The notes beneath the pieces are model-generated. The model was given only the letters and a program-made list of their open reading frames with translations, did not search any database and was not told where the DNA came from. From positions 33,852,001-33,916,000 of the forward strand of contig OZ024752.1 of the NCBI GenBank assembly GCA_964016885.1: a stretch of 64,000 nucleotides of DNA, read 5' to 3'. The translations under genes were made by a program, and so were the position numbers. Below are positions 42,101-57,100 of this stretch, piece by piece. This DNA comes from Eledone cirrhosa. Its lineage: Eukaryota. Each line of letters opens with the position of its first letter. Position 1 is the stretch's first letter.

Positions 42101-45100
42101 TTTCATTACTGTATGTCTAATGAAAGACACAGTCTATGTGTTTAACCCTTTCATTACTGTATGTCTTATGAAAGACACTGTCTATGTTGAATCCTTTCAT
42201 TACTGTATGTCTAATGAAAGACACTGTTTATGTGTTTAATCCTTTCATTACTGTATGTCTAATGAAAGACACTGTCTATGTCTTTAACCCTTTCATTACT
42301 GTATGTCTAATAAAAGGGACTGTCTATGTGTTTAACCCTTTCATTACTGTATGTCTAATGAAAGACACTGTCTATGTGTTTAACCCTTTCATTACTGTAT
42401 GTCTAATGAAAGACACTGTCTATGTATTTAATCCTTTCATTACTGTATGTCTAATGAAAGACACTGTCTATGTGTTTAACCCTTTCATTACTGTATATCT
42501 AATGAAAGACACTGTCTATGTCTTTAACCCTTTCATTACTGTATGTCTAATGAAAGACACTGTCTGTGTTTAACCCTTTCATTACTGTATGTCTAATGAA
42601 AGACACTGTCTATGTATTTAATCCTTTCATTACTGTATGTCTAATGAAAGACACTGTCTATGTCTTTAACCCTTTCATTACTGCATGTCTAATGAAAGAC
42701 ACTGTCTGTGTTTAACCCTTTCATTACTGTATGTCTATTGAAAGACACTGTCTATGTTGAATCCTTTCATTACTGTATGTCTAATGAAAGACACTGTTTA
42801 TGTGTTTAATCCTTTCATTACTGTATGTCTAATAAAAGGGACTGTCTATGTGTTTAACCCTTTCATTACTGTATGTCTAATGAAAGACACTGTCTATGTA
42901 TTTAATCCTTTCATTACTGTATGTCTAATAAAAGGGACTGTCTATGTGTTTAACCCTTTCATTACTGTATGTCTAATGAAAGACACTGTCTATGTCTTTA
43001 ACCCTTTCATTACTGTATGTCTAATGAAAGACACTGTCTGTGTTTAACCCTTTCATTACTGTATGTCTAATGAAAGACACTGTCTATGTGTTTAATCCTT
43101 TCATTACTGTATGTCTAATGAAAGACACTGTCTATGTCTTCAACCCTTTCATTACTGTATGTCTAATGAAAGACACTGTCTGTGTTTAACCCTTTCATTA
43201 CTGTATGTCTAATGAAAGACACTGTCTATGTGTTTAAGCCTTTCATTACTGTATGTCTAATGAAAGACACTGTCTATGTGTTTTACCATTTCATTACTGT
43301 ATGTCTAATGAAAGACACTGTCTATGTGTTTAACCCTTTCATTACTGTATGTCTAATGAAAGAAACTGTCTATGTCTTTAACCCTTTCATTACTGTATGT
43401 CTAATGAAAGACACTGTCTATGTCTTTAACCCTTTCATTACTGTATGTCTAATGAAAGACACTGTCTGTGTTTAACCCTTTCATTACAGTATGTCTAATG
43501 AAAGACATTGTCTGTGTGTTTAACCCTTTCATTACTGTATGTCTAATGAAAGACACTGTCTATGTATTTAATCCTTTCATTACTGTATGTCTAATGAAAG
43601 ACACTGTCTGTGTTTAACCCTTTCATTACTGTATGTCTAATGAAAGACACAGTCTATGTGTTTAATCCTTTCATTACTGTATGTCTAATGAAAGACACTG
43701 TCTGTGTGTTTAACCCTTTCATTACTGTAAGTCTAATGAAAGACACTGTCTGTGTTTAACCCTTTCATTACTGTATGTCTAATGAAAGACACTGTCTATG
43801 TGTTTAATCCTTTCATTACTGTATGTCTAATGAAAGACACAGTCTATGTGTTTAATCCTTTCATTACTGTATGTCTAATGAAAGACACAGTCTGTGTTTA
43901 ACCCTTTCATTACTGTATGTCTAATGAAAGACACTGTCTGTGTGTTTAACCCTTTCATTACTGTATGTCTAATGAAAGACACAGTCTATGTATTTAATCC
44001 TTTCATTACTGTATGTCTAATGAAAGACACTGTCTATGTCTTTAATCCTTTCATTACTGTATGTCTAATAAAAGGGACTGTCTATGTGTTTAACTCTTTC
44101 ATTACTGTAGGTCTAATGAAAGACACTGTCTATGTGTTTAACCCTTTCATTACTGTATGTCTAATGAAAGACACTGTCTATGTATTTAATCCTTTCATTA
44201 CTGTATGTCTAATGAAAGACACTGTCTGTGTTTAACCCTTTCATTACTGTATGTCTAATGAAAGACACAGTCTATGTGTTTAATCCTTTCATTACTGTAT
44301 GTCTAATGAAAGACACAGTCTATGTGTTTAATCCTTTCATTACTGTATGTCTAATGAAAGACACAGTCTGTGTTTAACCCTTTCATTACTGTATGTCTAA
44401 TGAAAGACACTGTCTCTGTGTTTAACCCTTTCATTACTGTATGTCGAATGAAAGACACAGTCTATGTGTTTAATCCTTTCATTACTGTATGTCTAATAAA
44501 AGACACAGTCTATGTGTTTAACCGTTTCATTACTGTATGTCTAATGAAAGACACAGTCTATGTGTTTAACCCTTTCATTACTGTATGTCTTATGAAAGAC
44601 ACTGTCTATGTTGAATCCTTTCATTACTGTATGTCTAATGAAAGACACTGTTTATGTGTTTAATCCTTTCATTACTGTATGTCTAATGAAAGACACTGTC
44701 TATGTCTTTAACCCTTTCATTACTGTATGTCTAATAAAAGGGACTGTCTATGTGTTTAACCCTTTCATTACTGTATGTCTAATGAAAGACACTGTCTATG
44801 TGTTTAACCCTTTCATTACTGTATGTCTAATGAAAGACACTGTCTATGTATTTAATCCTTTCATTACTGTATGTCTAATGAAAGACACTGTCTATGTGTT
44901 TAACCCTTTCATTACTGTATATCTAATGAAAGACACTGTCTATGTCTTTAACCCTTTCATTACTGTATGTCTAATGAAAGACACTGTCTGTGTTTAACCC
45001 TTTCATTACTGTATGTCTAATGAAAGACACTGTCTATGTATTTAATCCTTTCATTACTGTATGTCTAATGAAAGACACTGTCTATGTCTTTAACCCTTTC

Positions 45101-48100
45101 ATTACTGTATGTCTAATGAAAGACACTGTCTGTGTTTAACCCTTTAATTACTGTATGTCTAATGAAAGACACAGTCTATGTGTTTAATCCTTTCATTACT
45201 GTATGTCTAATGAAAGACACTGTCTATGTGTTTAACCCTTTCATTACTGTATGTCTATTGAAAGACACTGTCTATGTTGAATCCTTTCATTACTGTATGT
45301 CTAATGAAAGACACTGTTTATGTGTTTAATCCTTTCATTACTGTATGTCTAATAAAAGGGACTGTCTATGTGTTTAACCCTTTCATTACTGTATGTCTAA
45401 TGAAAGACACTGTCTATGTATTTAATCCTTTCATTACTGTATGTCTAATAAAAGGGACTGTCTATGTGTTTAACCCTTTCATTACTGTATGTCTAATGAA
45501 AGACACTGTCTATGTCTTTAACCCTTTCATTACTGTATGTCTAATGAAAGACACTGTCTGTGTTTAACCCTTTCATTACTGTATGTCTAATGAAAGACAC
45601 TGTCTATGTGTTTAATCCTTTCATTACTGTATGTCTAATGAAAGACACTGTCTATGTCTTCAACCCTTTCATTACTGTATGTCTAATGAAAGACACTGTC
45701 TGTGTTTAACCCTTTCATTACTGTATATCTAATGAAAGACACTGTCTATGTGTTTAACCCTTTCATTACTGTATTTCTAATGAAAGACACTGTCTATGTG
45801 TTTAATCCTTTCATTACTGTATGTCTAATGAAAGACACTGTCTATGTGTTTTACCATTTCATTACTGTATGTCTAATGAAAGACACTGTCTATGTGTTTA
45901 ACCCTTTCATTACTGTATGTCTAATGAAAGAAACTGTCTATGTCTTTAACCCTTTCATTACTGTATGTCTAATGAAAGACACTGTCTATGTCTTTAACCC
46001 TTTATTTACTGTATTTGTAATGAAAGACACTGTCTATGTGTTTAACCCTTTCATTACTGTATGTCTAATGAAAGACACTGTCTATGTATTTAATCCTTTC
46101 ATTACTGTATGTCTAATGAAAGACACAGTCTATGTGTTTAATCCTTTCATTACTGTATGTCTAATGAAAGACACTGTCTATGTGTTTAACCCTTTCATTA
46201 CTGTATGTCTAATGAAAGACACAGTCTATGTGTTTAATCCTTTCATTACTGTATGTCTAATGAAAGACACAGTCTATGTGTTTAATCCTTTCATTACTGT
46301 ATGTCTAATGAAAGACACTGTCTATGTGTTTAACCCTTTCATTACTGTATGTCTAATGAAATACACAGTCTATGTGTTTAACCCTTTTATTACTGTATGT
46401 CTAATGAAAGACACAGTCTATGTGTTTAATACTTTCATTACTGTATGTCTAATGAAAGACACTGTCTATGTGTTTAACCCTTTCATTACTGTATGTCTAA
46501 TGAAAGCCCTTTCATTACTGTATTTCTAATGAAAGACACTGTCTATGTGTTTAATCCTTTCATTACTGTATGTCTAATGAAAGACACTGTCTATGTGTTT
46601 AACCCTTTCATTACTGTATGTCTAATGAAAGACATTGTCTGTGTGTTTAACCCTTTCATTACTGTATGTCTAATGAAAGACACTGTCTATGTATTTAATC
46701 CTTTCATTACTGTATGTCTAATGAAAGACACTGTCTGTGTTTAACCCTTTCATTACTGTATGTCTAATGAAAGACACAGTCTATGTGTTTAATCCTTTCA
46801 TTACTGTATGTCTAATGAAAGACACTGTCTATGTATTTAACCCTTTCATTACTGTAAGTCTAATGAAAGACACTGTCTGTGTTTAACCCTTTCATTACTG
46901 TATGTCTAATGAAAGACACTGTCTATGTGTTTAATCCTTTCATTACTGTATGTCTAATGAAAGACACAGTCTATGTGTTTAATCCTTTCATTACTGTATG
47001 TCTAATGAAAGACACAGTCTGTGTTTAACCCTTTCATTACTGTATGTCTAATGAAAGACACTGTCTGTGTGTTTAACCCTTTCATTACTGTATGTCTAAT
47101 GAAAGACACAGTCTATGTATTTAATCCTTTCATTACTGTATGTCTAATGAAAGACACTGTCTATGTCTTTAATCCTTTCATTACTGTATGTCTAATAAAA
47201 GGGACTGTCTATGTGTTTAACTCTTTCATTACTGTAGGTCTAATGAAAGACACTGTCTATGTGTTTAACCCTTTCATTACTGTATGTCTAATGAAAGACA
47301 CTGTCTATGTATTTAATCCTTTCATTACTGTATGTCTAATGAAAGACACTGTCTGTGTTTAACCCTTTCATTACTGTATGTCTAATGAAAGACACAGTCT
47401 ATGTGTTTAATCCTTTCATTACTGTATGTCTAATGAAAGACACAGTCTATGTGTTTAATCCTTTCATTACTGTATGTCTAATGAAAGACACAGTCTGTGT
47501 TTAACCCTTTCATTACTGTATGTCTAATGAAAGACACTGTCTGTGTGTTTAACCCTTTCATTACTGTATGTCGAATGAAAGACACAGTCTATGTGTTTAA
47601 TCCTTTCATTACTGTATGTCTAATAAAAGACACAGTCTATGTGTTTAACCGTTTCATTACTGTACGTCTAATGAAAGACACAGTCTATGTGTTTAACCCT
47701 TTCATTACTGTATGTCTTATGAAAGACACTGTCTATGTTGAATCCTTTCATTACTGTATGTCTAATGAAAGACACTGTTTATGTGTTTAATCCTTTCATT
47801 ACTGTATGTCTAATGAAAGACACTGTCTATGTCTTTAACACTTTCATTACTGTATGTCTAATAAAAGGGACTGTCTATGTGTTTAACCCTTTCATTACTG
47901 TATGTCTAATGAAAGACACTGTCTATGTGTTTAACCCTTTCATTACTGTATGTCTAATGAAAGACACTGTCTATGTATTTAATCCTTTCATTACTGTATG
48001 TCTAATGAAAGACACTGTCTATGTGTTTAACCCTTTCATTACTGTATATCTAATGAAAGACACTGTCTATGTCTTTAACCCTTTCATTACTGTATGTCTA

Positions 48101-51100
48101 ATGAAAGACACTGTCTGTGTTTAACCCTTTCATTACTGTATGTCTAATGAAAGACACTGTCTGTGTTTAACCCTTTCATTACTGTATGTCTAATGAAAGA
48201 CACTGTCTATGTATTTAATCCTTTCATTACTGTATGTCTAATGAAAGACACTGTCTATGTCTTTAACCCTTTCATTACTGTATGTCTAATGAAAGACACT
48301 GTCTGTGTTTAACCCTTTCATTACTGTATGTCTAATGAAAGACACAGTCTATGTGTTTAATCCTTTCATTACTGTATGTCTAATGAAAGACACTGTCTAT
48401 GTGTTTAACCCTTTCATTACTGTATGTCTATTGAAAGACACTGTCTATGTTGAATCCTTTCATTACTGTATGTCTAATGAAAGACACTGTTTATGTGTTT
48501 AATCCTTTCATTATTGTATGTCTAATAAAAGGGACTGTCTATGTGTTTAACCCTTTCATTACTGTATGTCTAATGAAAGACACTGTCTATGTATTTAATC
48601 CTTTCATTACTGTATGTCTAATAAAAGGGACTGTCTATGTGTTTAACCCTTTCATTACTGTATGTCTAATGAAAGACACTGTCTATGTCTTTAACCCTTT
48701 CATTACTGTATGTCTAATGAAAGACACTGTCTGTGTTTAACCCTTTCATTACTGTATGTCTAATGAAAGACACTGTCTATGTGTTTAATCCTTTCATTAC
48801 TGTATGTCTAATGAAAGACACTGTCTATGTCTTCAACCCTTTCATTACTGTATGTCTAATGAAAGACACTGTCTGTGTTTAACCCTTTCATTACTGTATG
48901 TCTAATGAAAGACACTGTCTATGTGTTTAACCCTTTCATTACTGTATTTCTAATGAAAGACACTGTCTATCTGTTTAATCCTTTCATTACTGTATGTCTA
49001 ATGAAAGACACTGTCTATGTGTTTAACCCTTTCATTACTGTATATCTAATGAAAGACACTGTCTATGTGTTTAACCCTTTCATTATTGTATGTCTAATGA
49101 AAGACACTGTCTATGTGTTTAAGCCTTTCATTACTGTATGTCTAATGAAAGACACTGTCTATGTGTTTTACCATTTCATTACTGTATGTCTAATGAAAGA
49201 CACTGTCTATGTGTTTAACCCTTTCATTACTGTATGTCTAATGAAAGAAACTGTCTATGTCTTTAACCCTTTCATTACTGTATGTCTAATGAAAGACACT
49301 GTCTATGTCTTTAACCCTTTCATTACTGTATGTCTAATGAAAGACACTGTCTGTGTTTAACCCTTTCATTACAGTATGTCTAATGAAAGACATTGTCTGT
49401 GTGTTTAACCCTTTCATTACTGTATGTCTAATGAAAGACACTGTCTATGTATTTAATCCTTTCATTACTGTATGTCTAATGAAAGACACTGTCTGTGTTT
49501 AACCCTTTCATTACTGTATGTCTAATGAAAGACACAGTCTATGTGTTTAATCCTTTCATTACTGTATGTCTAATGAAAGACACTGTCTGTGTGTTTAACC
49601 CTTTCATTACTGTAAGTCTAATGAAAGACACTGTCTGTGTTTAACCCTTTCATTACTGTATGTCTAATGAAAGACACTGTCTATGTGTTTAATCCTTTCA
49701 TTACTGTATGTCTAATGAAAGACACAGTCTATGTGTTTAATCCTTTCATTACTGTATGTCTAATGAAAGACACAGTCTGTGTTTAACCCTTTCATTACTG
49801 TATGTCTAATGAAAGACACAGTCTATGTGTTTAATCCTTTCATTACTGTATGTCTAATGAAAGACACAGTCTGTGTTTAACCCTTTCATTACTGTATGTC
49901 TAATGAAAGACACTGTCTGTGTGTTTAACCCTTTCATTACTGTATGTCTAATGAAAGACACAGTCTATGTATTTAATCCTTTCATTACTGTATGTCTAAT
50001 GAAAGACACTGTCTATGTCTTTAATCCTTTCATTACTGTATGTCTAATAAAAGGGACTGTCTATGTGTTTAACTCTTTCATTACTGTAGGTCTAATGAAA
50101 GACACTGTCTATGTGTTTAACCCTTTCATTACTGTATGTCTAATGAAAGACACTGTCTATGTATTTAATCCTTTCATTACTGTATGTCTAATGAAAGACA
50201 CTGTCTGTGTTTAACCCTTTCATTACTGTATGTCTAATGAAAGACACAGTCTATGTGTTTAATCCTTTCATTACTGTATGTCTAATGAAAGACACAGTCT
50301 ATGTGTTTAATCCTTTCATTACTGTATGTCTAATGAAAGACACAGTCTGTGTTTAACCCTTTCATTACTGTATGTCTAATGAAAGACACTGTCTGTGTGT
50401 TTAACCCTTTCATTACTGTATGTCGAATGAAAGACACAGTCTATGTGTTTAATCCTTTCATTACTGTATGTCTAATAAAAGACACAGTCTATGTGTTTAA
50501 CCGTTTCATTACTGTATGTCTAATGAAAGACACAGTCTATGTGTTTAACCCTTTCATTACTGTATGTCTTATGAAAGACACTGTCTATGTTGAATCCTTT
50601 CATTACTGTATGTCTAATGAAAGACACTGTTTATGTGTTTAATCCTTTCATTACTCTATGTCTAATGAAAGACACTGTCTATGTCTTTAACCCTTTCATT
50701 ACTGTATGTCTAATAAAAGGGACTGTCTATGTGTTTAACCCTTTCATTACTGTATGTCTAATGAAAGACACTGTCTATGTGTTTAACCCTTTCATTACTG
50801 TATGTCTAATGAAAGACACTGTCTATGTATTTAATCCTTTCATTACTGTATGTCTAATGAAAGACACTGTCTATGTGTTTAACCCTTTCATTACTGTATA
50901 TCTAATGAAAGACACTGTCTATGTCTTTAACCCTTTCATTACTGTATGTCTAATGAAAGACACTGTCTGTGTTTAACCCTTTCATTACTGTATGTCTAAT
51001 GAAAGACACTGTCTATGTATTTAATCCTTTCATTACTGTATGTCTAATGAAAGACACTGTCTATGTATTTAATACTTTCATTACTGTATGTCTAATGAAA

Positions 51101-54100
51101 GACACTGTCTATGTGTTTAACCCTTTCATTACTGTATGTCTAATGAAAGACACTGTCTATGTATTTAACCCTTTCATTACTGTATGTCTAATGAAAGACA
51201 CTGTCTATGTGTTTAACCCTTTCATTACTGTAGGTCTAATGAAAGACACTGTCTATGTGATTAACCCTTTCATTACTGTATGTCTAATGAAAGACACTGT
51301 CTATGTGTTTAACCCTTTCATTACTGTATGTCTAATGAAAGACATTGTCTGTGTGTTTAACCCTTTCATTACTGTATGTCTAATCAAAGACATTGTCTGT
51401 GTGTTTAACCCTTTCATTACTCTATGTCTAATGAAAGACACTGTCTGTGTGTTTAACCCTTTCATTACTGTATGTCTAATGAAAGACACAGTCTATGTGT
51501 TTAATCCTTTCATTACTGTATGTCTAATGAAAGACACAGTCTATGTGTTTAACCCTTTCATTACTGTATGTCTAATGAAAGACACAGTCTATGTGTTTAA
51601 CCCTTTCATTACTGTATGTCTAATGAAAGACACTGTCTATGTGTTTAACCCTTTCATTACTGTATGTCTAATGAAAGACACAGTCTATGTGTTTAATCCT
51701 TTCATTACTGTATGTCTAATGAAAGACACAGTCTATGTGTTTAATCCTTTCATTACTGTATGTCTAATGAAAGACACTGTCTATGTGTTTAACCCTTTCA
51801 TTACTGTATGTCTAATGAAAGACAGTCTATGTGTTTAACCCTTTCATTACTGTATGTCTAATGAAAGACACAGTCTATGTGTTTAATCCTTTCATTACTG
51901 TATGTCTAATGAAAGACACTGTCTATGTGTTTAACCCTTTCATTACTGTATGTCTAATGAAAGACCTTTCATTACTGTATTTCTAATGAAAGACACTGTC
52001 TATGTGATTAATCCTTTCATTACTGTATGTCTAATGAAATACACTGTCTATGTGTTTAATCCTTTCATTGCTGTATGTCTAATGAAGGACACTGTCTATG
52101 TTGAATCCTTTCATTACTGTATGTCTAATCAAAGACACTGTTTATGTGTTTAATCCTTTCATTACTGTATCTCTAATGAAAGACACTGTTTATGTGTTTA
52201 ATCCTTTCATTACTGTATGTCTAATAAAAGGGACTGTCTATGTGTTTAACCCTTTCATTACTGTATGTCTAATGAAAGACACTGTCTATGTGTTTAACCC
52301 TTTCATTACTGTATGTCTAATGAAAGACACTGTCTATGTATTTAATCCTTTCATTACTGTATGTCTAATGAAAGACACAGTCTATGTGTTTAATCCTTTC
52401 ATTACTGTATGTCTAATGAAAGACACTGTCTATGTGTTTAACCCTTTCATTACTGTATGTCTAATGAAAGACACAGTCTATGTGTTTAATCCTTTCATTA
52501 CTGTATGTCTAATGAAAGACACTGTCTATGTGTTTAACCCTTTCATTACTGTATGTCTAATGAAATACACAGTCTATGTGTTTAACCCTTTCATTACTGT
52601 ATGTCTAATGAAAGACACTGTCTATGTGTTTAACCCTTTTATTACTGTATGTCTAATGAAAGACACAGTTTATGTGTTTAATCCTTTCATTACTGTATGT
52701 CTAATGAAAGACACTGTCTATGTGTTTAACCCTTTCATTACTGTATGTCTAATGAAAGCCCTTTCATTACTGTATTTCTAATGAAAGACACTGTCTATGT
52801 GTTTAATCCTTTCATTACTGTATGTCTAATGAAAGACACTGTCTATGTGTTTAATCCTTTCATTGCTGTATGTCTAATGAAAGACACTGTCTATGTGTTT
52901 AACCCTTTCATTACTGTATGTCTATTGAAAGACACTGTCTATGTTGAATCCTTTCATTACTGTATGTCTAATGAAAGACACTGTCTATGTCTTTAACCCT
53001 TTCATTACTGTATGTCTAATGAAAGACAATGTCTGTGTTTAACCCTTTCATTACTGTATGTCTAATGAAAGACATTGTCTGTGTGTTTAACCCTTTCATT
53101 ACTGTATGTCTAATGAAAGACACTGTCTATGTATTTAATCCTTTCATTACTGTATGTCTAATGAAAGACACTGTCTGTGTTTAACCCTTTCATTACTGTA
53201 TGTCTAATGAAAGACACAGTCTATGTGTTTAATCCTTTCATTACTGTATGTCTAATGAAATACACTGTCTATGTATTTAACCCTTTCATTACTGTAAGTC
53301 TAATGAAAGACACTGTCTGTGTTTAACCCTTTCATTACTGTATGTCTAATGAAAGACACTGTCTATGTGTTTAATCCTTTCATTACTGTATGTCTAATGA
53401 AAGACACAGTCTATGTGTTTAATCCTTTCATTACTGTATGTCTAATGAAAGACACAGTCTGTGTTTAACCCTTTCATTACTGTATGTCTAATGAAAGACA
53501 CTGTCTGTGTGTTTAACCCTTTCATTACTGTATGTCTAATGAAAGACACAGTCTATGTATTTAATCCTTTCATTACTGTATGTCTAATGAAAGACACTGT
53601 CTATGTCTTTAATCCTTTCATTACTGTATGTCTAATAAAAGGGACTGTCTATGTGTTTAACTCTTTCATTACTGTAGGTCTAATGAAAGACACTGTCTAT
53701 GTGTTTAACCCTTTCATTACTGTATGTCTAATGAAAGACACTGTCTATGTATTTAATCCTTTCATTACTGTATGTCTAATGAAAACACTGTCTGTGTTTA
53801 ACCCTTTCATTACTGTATGTCTAATGAAAGACACAGTCTATGTGTTTAATCCTTTCATTACTGTATGTCTAATGAAAGACACAGTCTATGTGTTTAATCC
53901 TTTCATTACTGTATGTCTAATGAAAGACACAGTCTGTGTTTAACCCTTTCATTACTGTATGTCTAATGAAAGACACTGTCTGTGTGTTTAACCCTTTCAT
54001 TACTGTATGTCGAATGAAAGACACAGTCTATGTGTTTAATCCTTTCATTACTGTATGTCTAATAAAAGACACAGTCTATGTGTTTAACCGTTTCATTACT

Positions 54101-57100
54101 GTATGTCTAATGAAAGACACAGTCTATGTGTTTAACCCTTTCATTACTGTATGTCTTATGAAAGACACTGTCTATGTTGAATCCTTTCATTACTGTATGT
54201 CTAATGAAAGACACTGTTTATGTGTTTAATCCTTTCATTACTGTATGTCTAATGAAAGACACTGTCTATGTCTTTAACCCTTTCATTACTGTATGTCTAA
54301 TAAAAGGGACTGTCTATGTGTTTAACCCTTTCATTACTGTATGTCTAATGAAAGACACTGTCTATGTGTTTAACCCTTTCATTACTGTATGTCTAATGAA
54401 AGACACTGTCTATGTATTTAATCCTTTCATTACTGTATGTCTAATGAAAGACACTGTCTATGTGTTTAACCCTTTCATTACTGTATATCTAATGAAAGAC
54501 ACTGTCTATGTCTTTAACCCTTTCATTACTGTATGTCTAATGAAAGACACTGTCTGTGTTTAACCCTTTCATTACTGTATGTCTAATGAAAGACACTGTC
54601 TATGTATTTAATCCTTTCATTACTGTATGTCTAATGAAAGACACTGTCTATGTCTTTAACCCTTTCATTACTGCATGTCTAATGAAAGACACTGTCTGTG
54701 TTTAACCCTTTCATTACTGTATGTCTATTGAAAGACACTGTCTATGTTGAATCCTTTCATTACTGTATGTCTAATGAAAGACACTGTTTATGTGTTTAAT
54801 CCTTTCATTACTGTATGTCTAATAAAAGGGACTGTCTATGTGTTTAACCCTTTCATTACTGTATGTCTAATGAAAGACACTGTCTATGTATTTAATCCTT
54901 TCATTACTGTATGTCTAATAAAAGGGACTGTCTATGTGTTTAACCCTTTCATTACTGTATGTCTAATGAAAGACACTGTCTATGTCTTTAACCCTTTCAT
55001 TACTGTATGTCTAATGAAAGACACTGTCTGTGTTTAACCCTTTCATTACTGTATGTCTAATGAAAGACACTGTCTATGTGTTTAATCCTTTCATTACTGT
55101 ATGTCTAATGAAAGACACTGTCTATGTCTTCAACCCTTTCATTACTGTATGTCTAATGAAAGACACTGTCTGTGTTTAACCCTTTCATTACTGTATGTCT
55201 AATGAAAGACACTGTCTATGTGTTTAAGCCTTTCATTACTGTATGTCTAATGAAAGACACTGTCTATGTGTTTTACCATTTCATTACTGTATGTCTAATG
55301 AAAGACACTGTCTATGTGTTTAACCCTTTCATTACTGTATGTCTAATGAAAGAAACTGTCTATGTCTTTAACCCTTTCATTACTGTATGTCTAATGAAAG
55401 ACACTGTCTATGTCTTTAACCCTTTCATTACTGTATGTCTAATGAAAGACACTGTCTGTGTTTAACCCTTTCATTACAGTATGTCTAATGAAAGACATTG
55501 TCTGTGTGTTTAACCCTTTCATTACTGTATGTCTAATGAAAGACACTGTCTATGTATTTAATCCTTTCATTACTGTATGTCTAATGAAAGACACTGTCTG
55601 TGTTTAACCCTTTCATTACTGTATGTCTAATGAAAGACACAGTCTATGTGTTTAATCCTTTCATTACTGTATGTCTAATGAAAGACACTGTCTGTGTGTT
55701 TAACCCTTTCATTACTGTAAGTCTAATGAAAGACACTGTCTGTGTTTAACCCTTTCATTACTGTATGTCTAATGAAAGACACTGTCTATGTGTTTAATCC
55801 TTTCATTACTGTATGTCTAATGAAAGACACAGTCTATGTGTTTAATCCTTTCATTACTGTATGTCTAATGAAAGACACAGTCTGTGTTTAACCCTTTCAT
55901 TACTGTATGTCTAATGAAAGACACTGTCTGTGTGTTTAACCCTTTCATTACTGTATGTCTAATGAAAGACACAGTCTATGTATTTAATCCTTTCATTACT
56001 GTATGTCTAATGAAAGACACTGTCTATGTCTTTAATCCTTTCATTACTGTATGTCTAATAAAAGGGACTGTCTATGTGTTTAACTCTTTCATTACTGTAG
56101 GTCTAATGAAAGACACTGTCTATGTGTTTAACCCTTTCATTACTGTATGTCTAATGAAAGACACTGTCTATGTATTTAATCCTTTCATTACTGTATGTCT
56201 AATGAAAGACACTGTCTGTGTTTAACCCTTTCATTACTGTATGTCTAATGAAAGACACAGTCTATGTGTTTAATCCTTTCATTACTGTATGTCTAATGAA
56301 AGACACAGTCTATGTGTTTAATCCTTTCATTACTGTATGTCTAATGAAAGACACAGTCTGTGTTTAACCCTTTCATTACTGTATGTCTAATGAAAGACAC
56401 TGTCTCTGTGTTTAACCCTTTCATTACTGTATGTCGAATGAAAGACACAGTCTATGTGTTTAATCCTTTCATTACTGTATGTCTAATAAAAGACACAGTC
56501 TATGTGTTTAACCGTTTCATTACTGTATGTCTAATGAAAGACACAGTCTATGTGTTTAACCCTTTCATTACTGTATGTCTTATGAAAGACACTGTCTATG
56601 TTGAATCCTTTCATTACTGTATGTCTAATGAAAGACACTGTTTATGTGTTTAATCCTTTCATTACTGTATGTCTAATGAAAGACACTGTCTATGTCTTTA
56701 ACCCTTTCATTACTGTATGTCTAATAAAAGGGACTGTCTATGTGTTTAACCCTTTCATTACTGTATGTCTAATGAAAGACACTGTCTATGTGTTTAACCC
56801 TTTCATTACTGTATGTCTAATGAAAGACACTGTCTATGTATTTAATCCTTTCATTACTGTATGTCTAATGAAAGACACTGTCTATGTGTTTAACCCTTTC
56901 ATTACTGTATATCTAATGAAAGACACTGTCTATGTCTTTAACCCTTTCATTACTGTATGTCTAATGAAAGACACTGTCTGTGTTTAACCCTTTCATTACT
57001 GTATGTCTAATGAAAGACACTGTCTATGTATTTAATCCTTTCATTACTGTATGTCTAATGAAAGACACTGTCTATGTCTTTAACCCTTTCATTACTGTAT

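Noticed and set aside
7192-51489. Short minus-strand ORFs (MSFIRHTVMKGLNT...)
   Set aside because: They appear only where three consecutive monomers carry the TAT to TGT variant that removes the minus-strand TAG stop.
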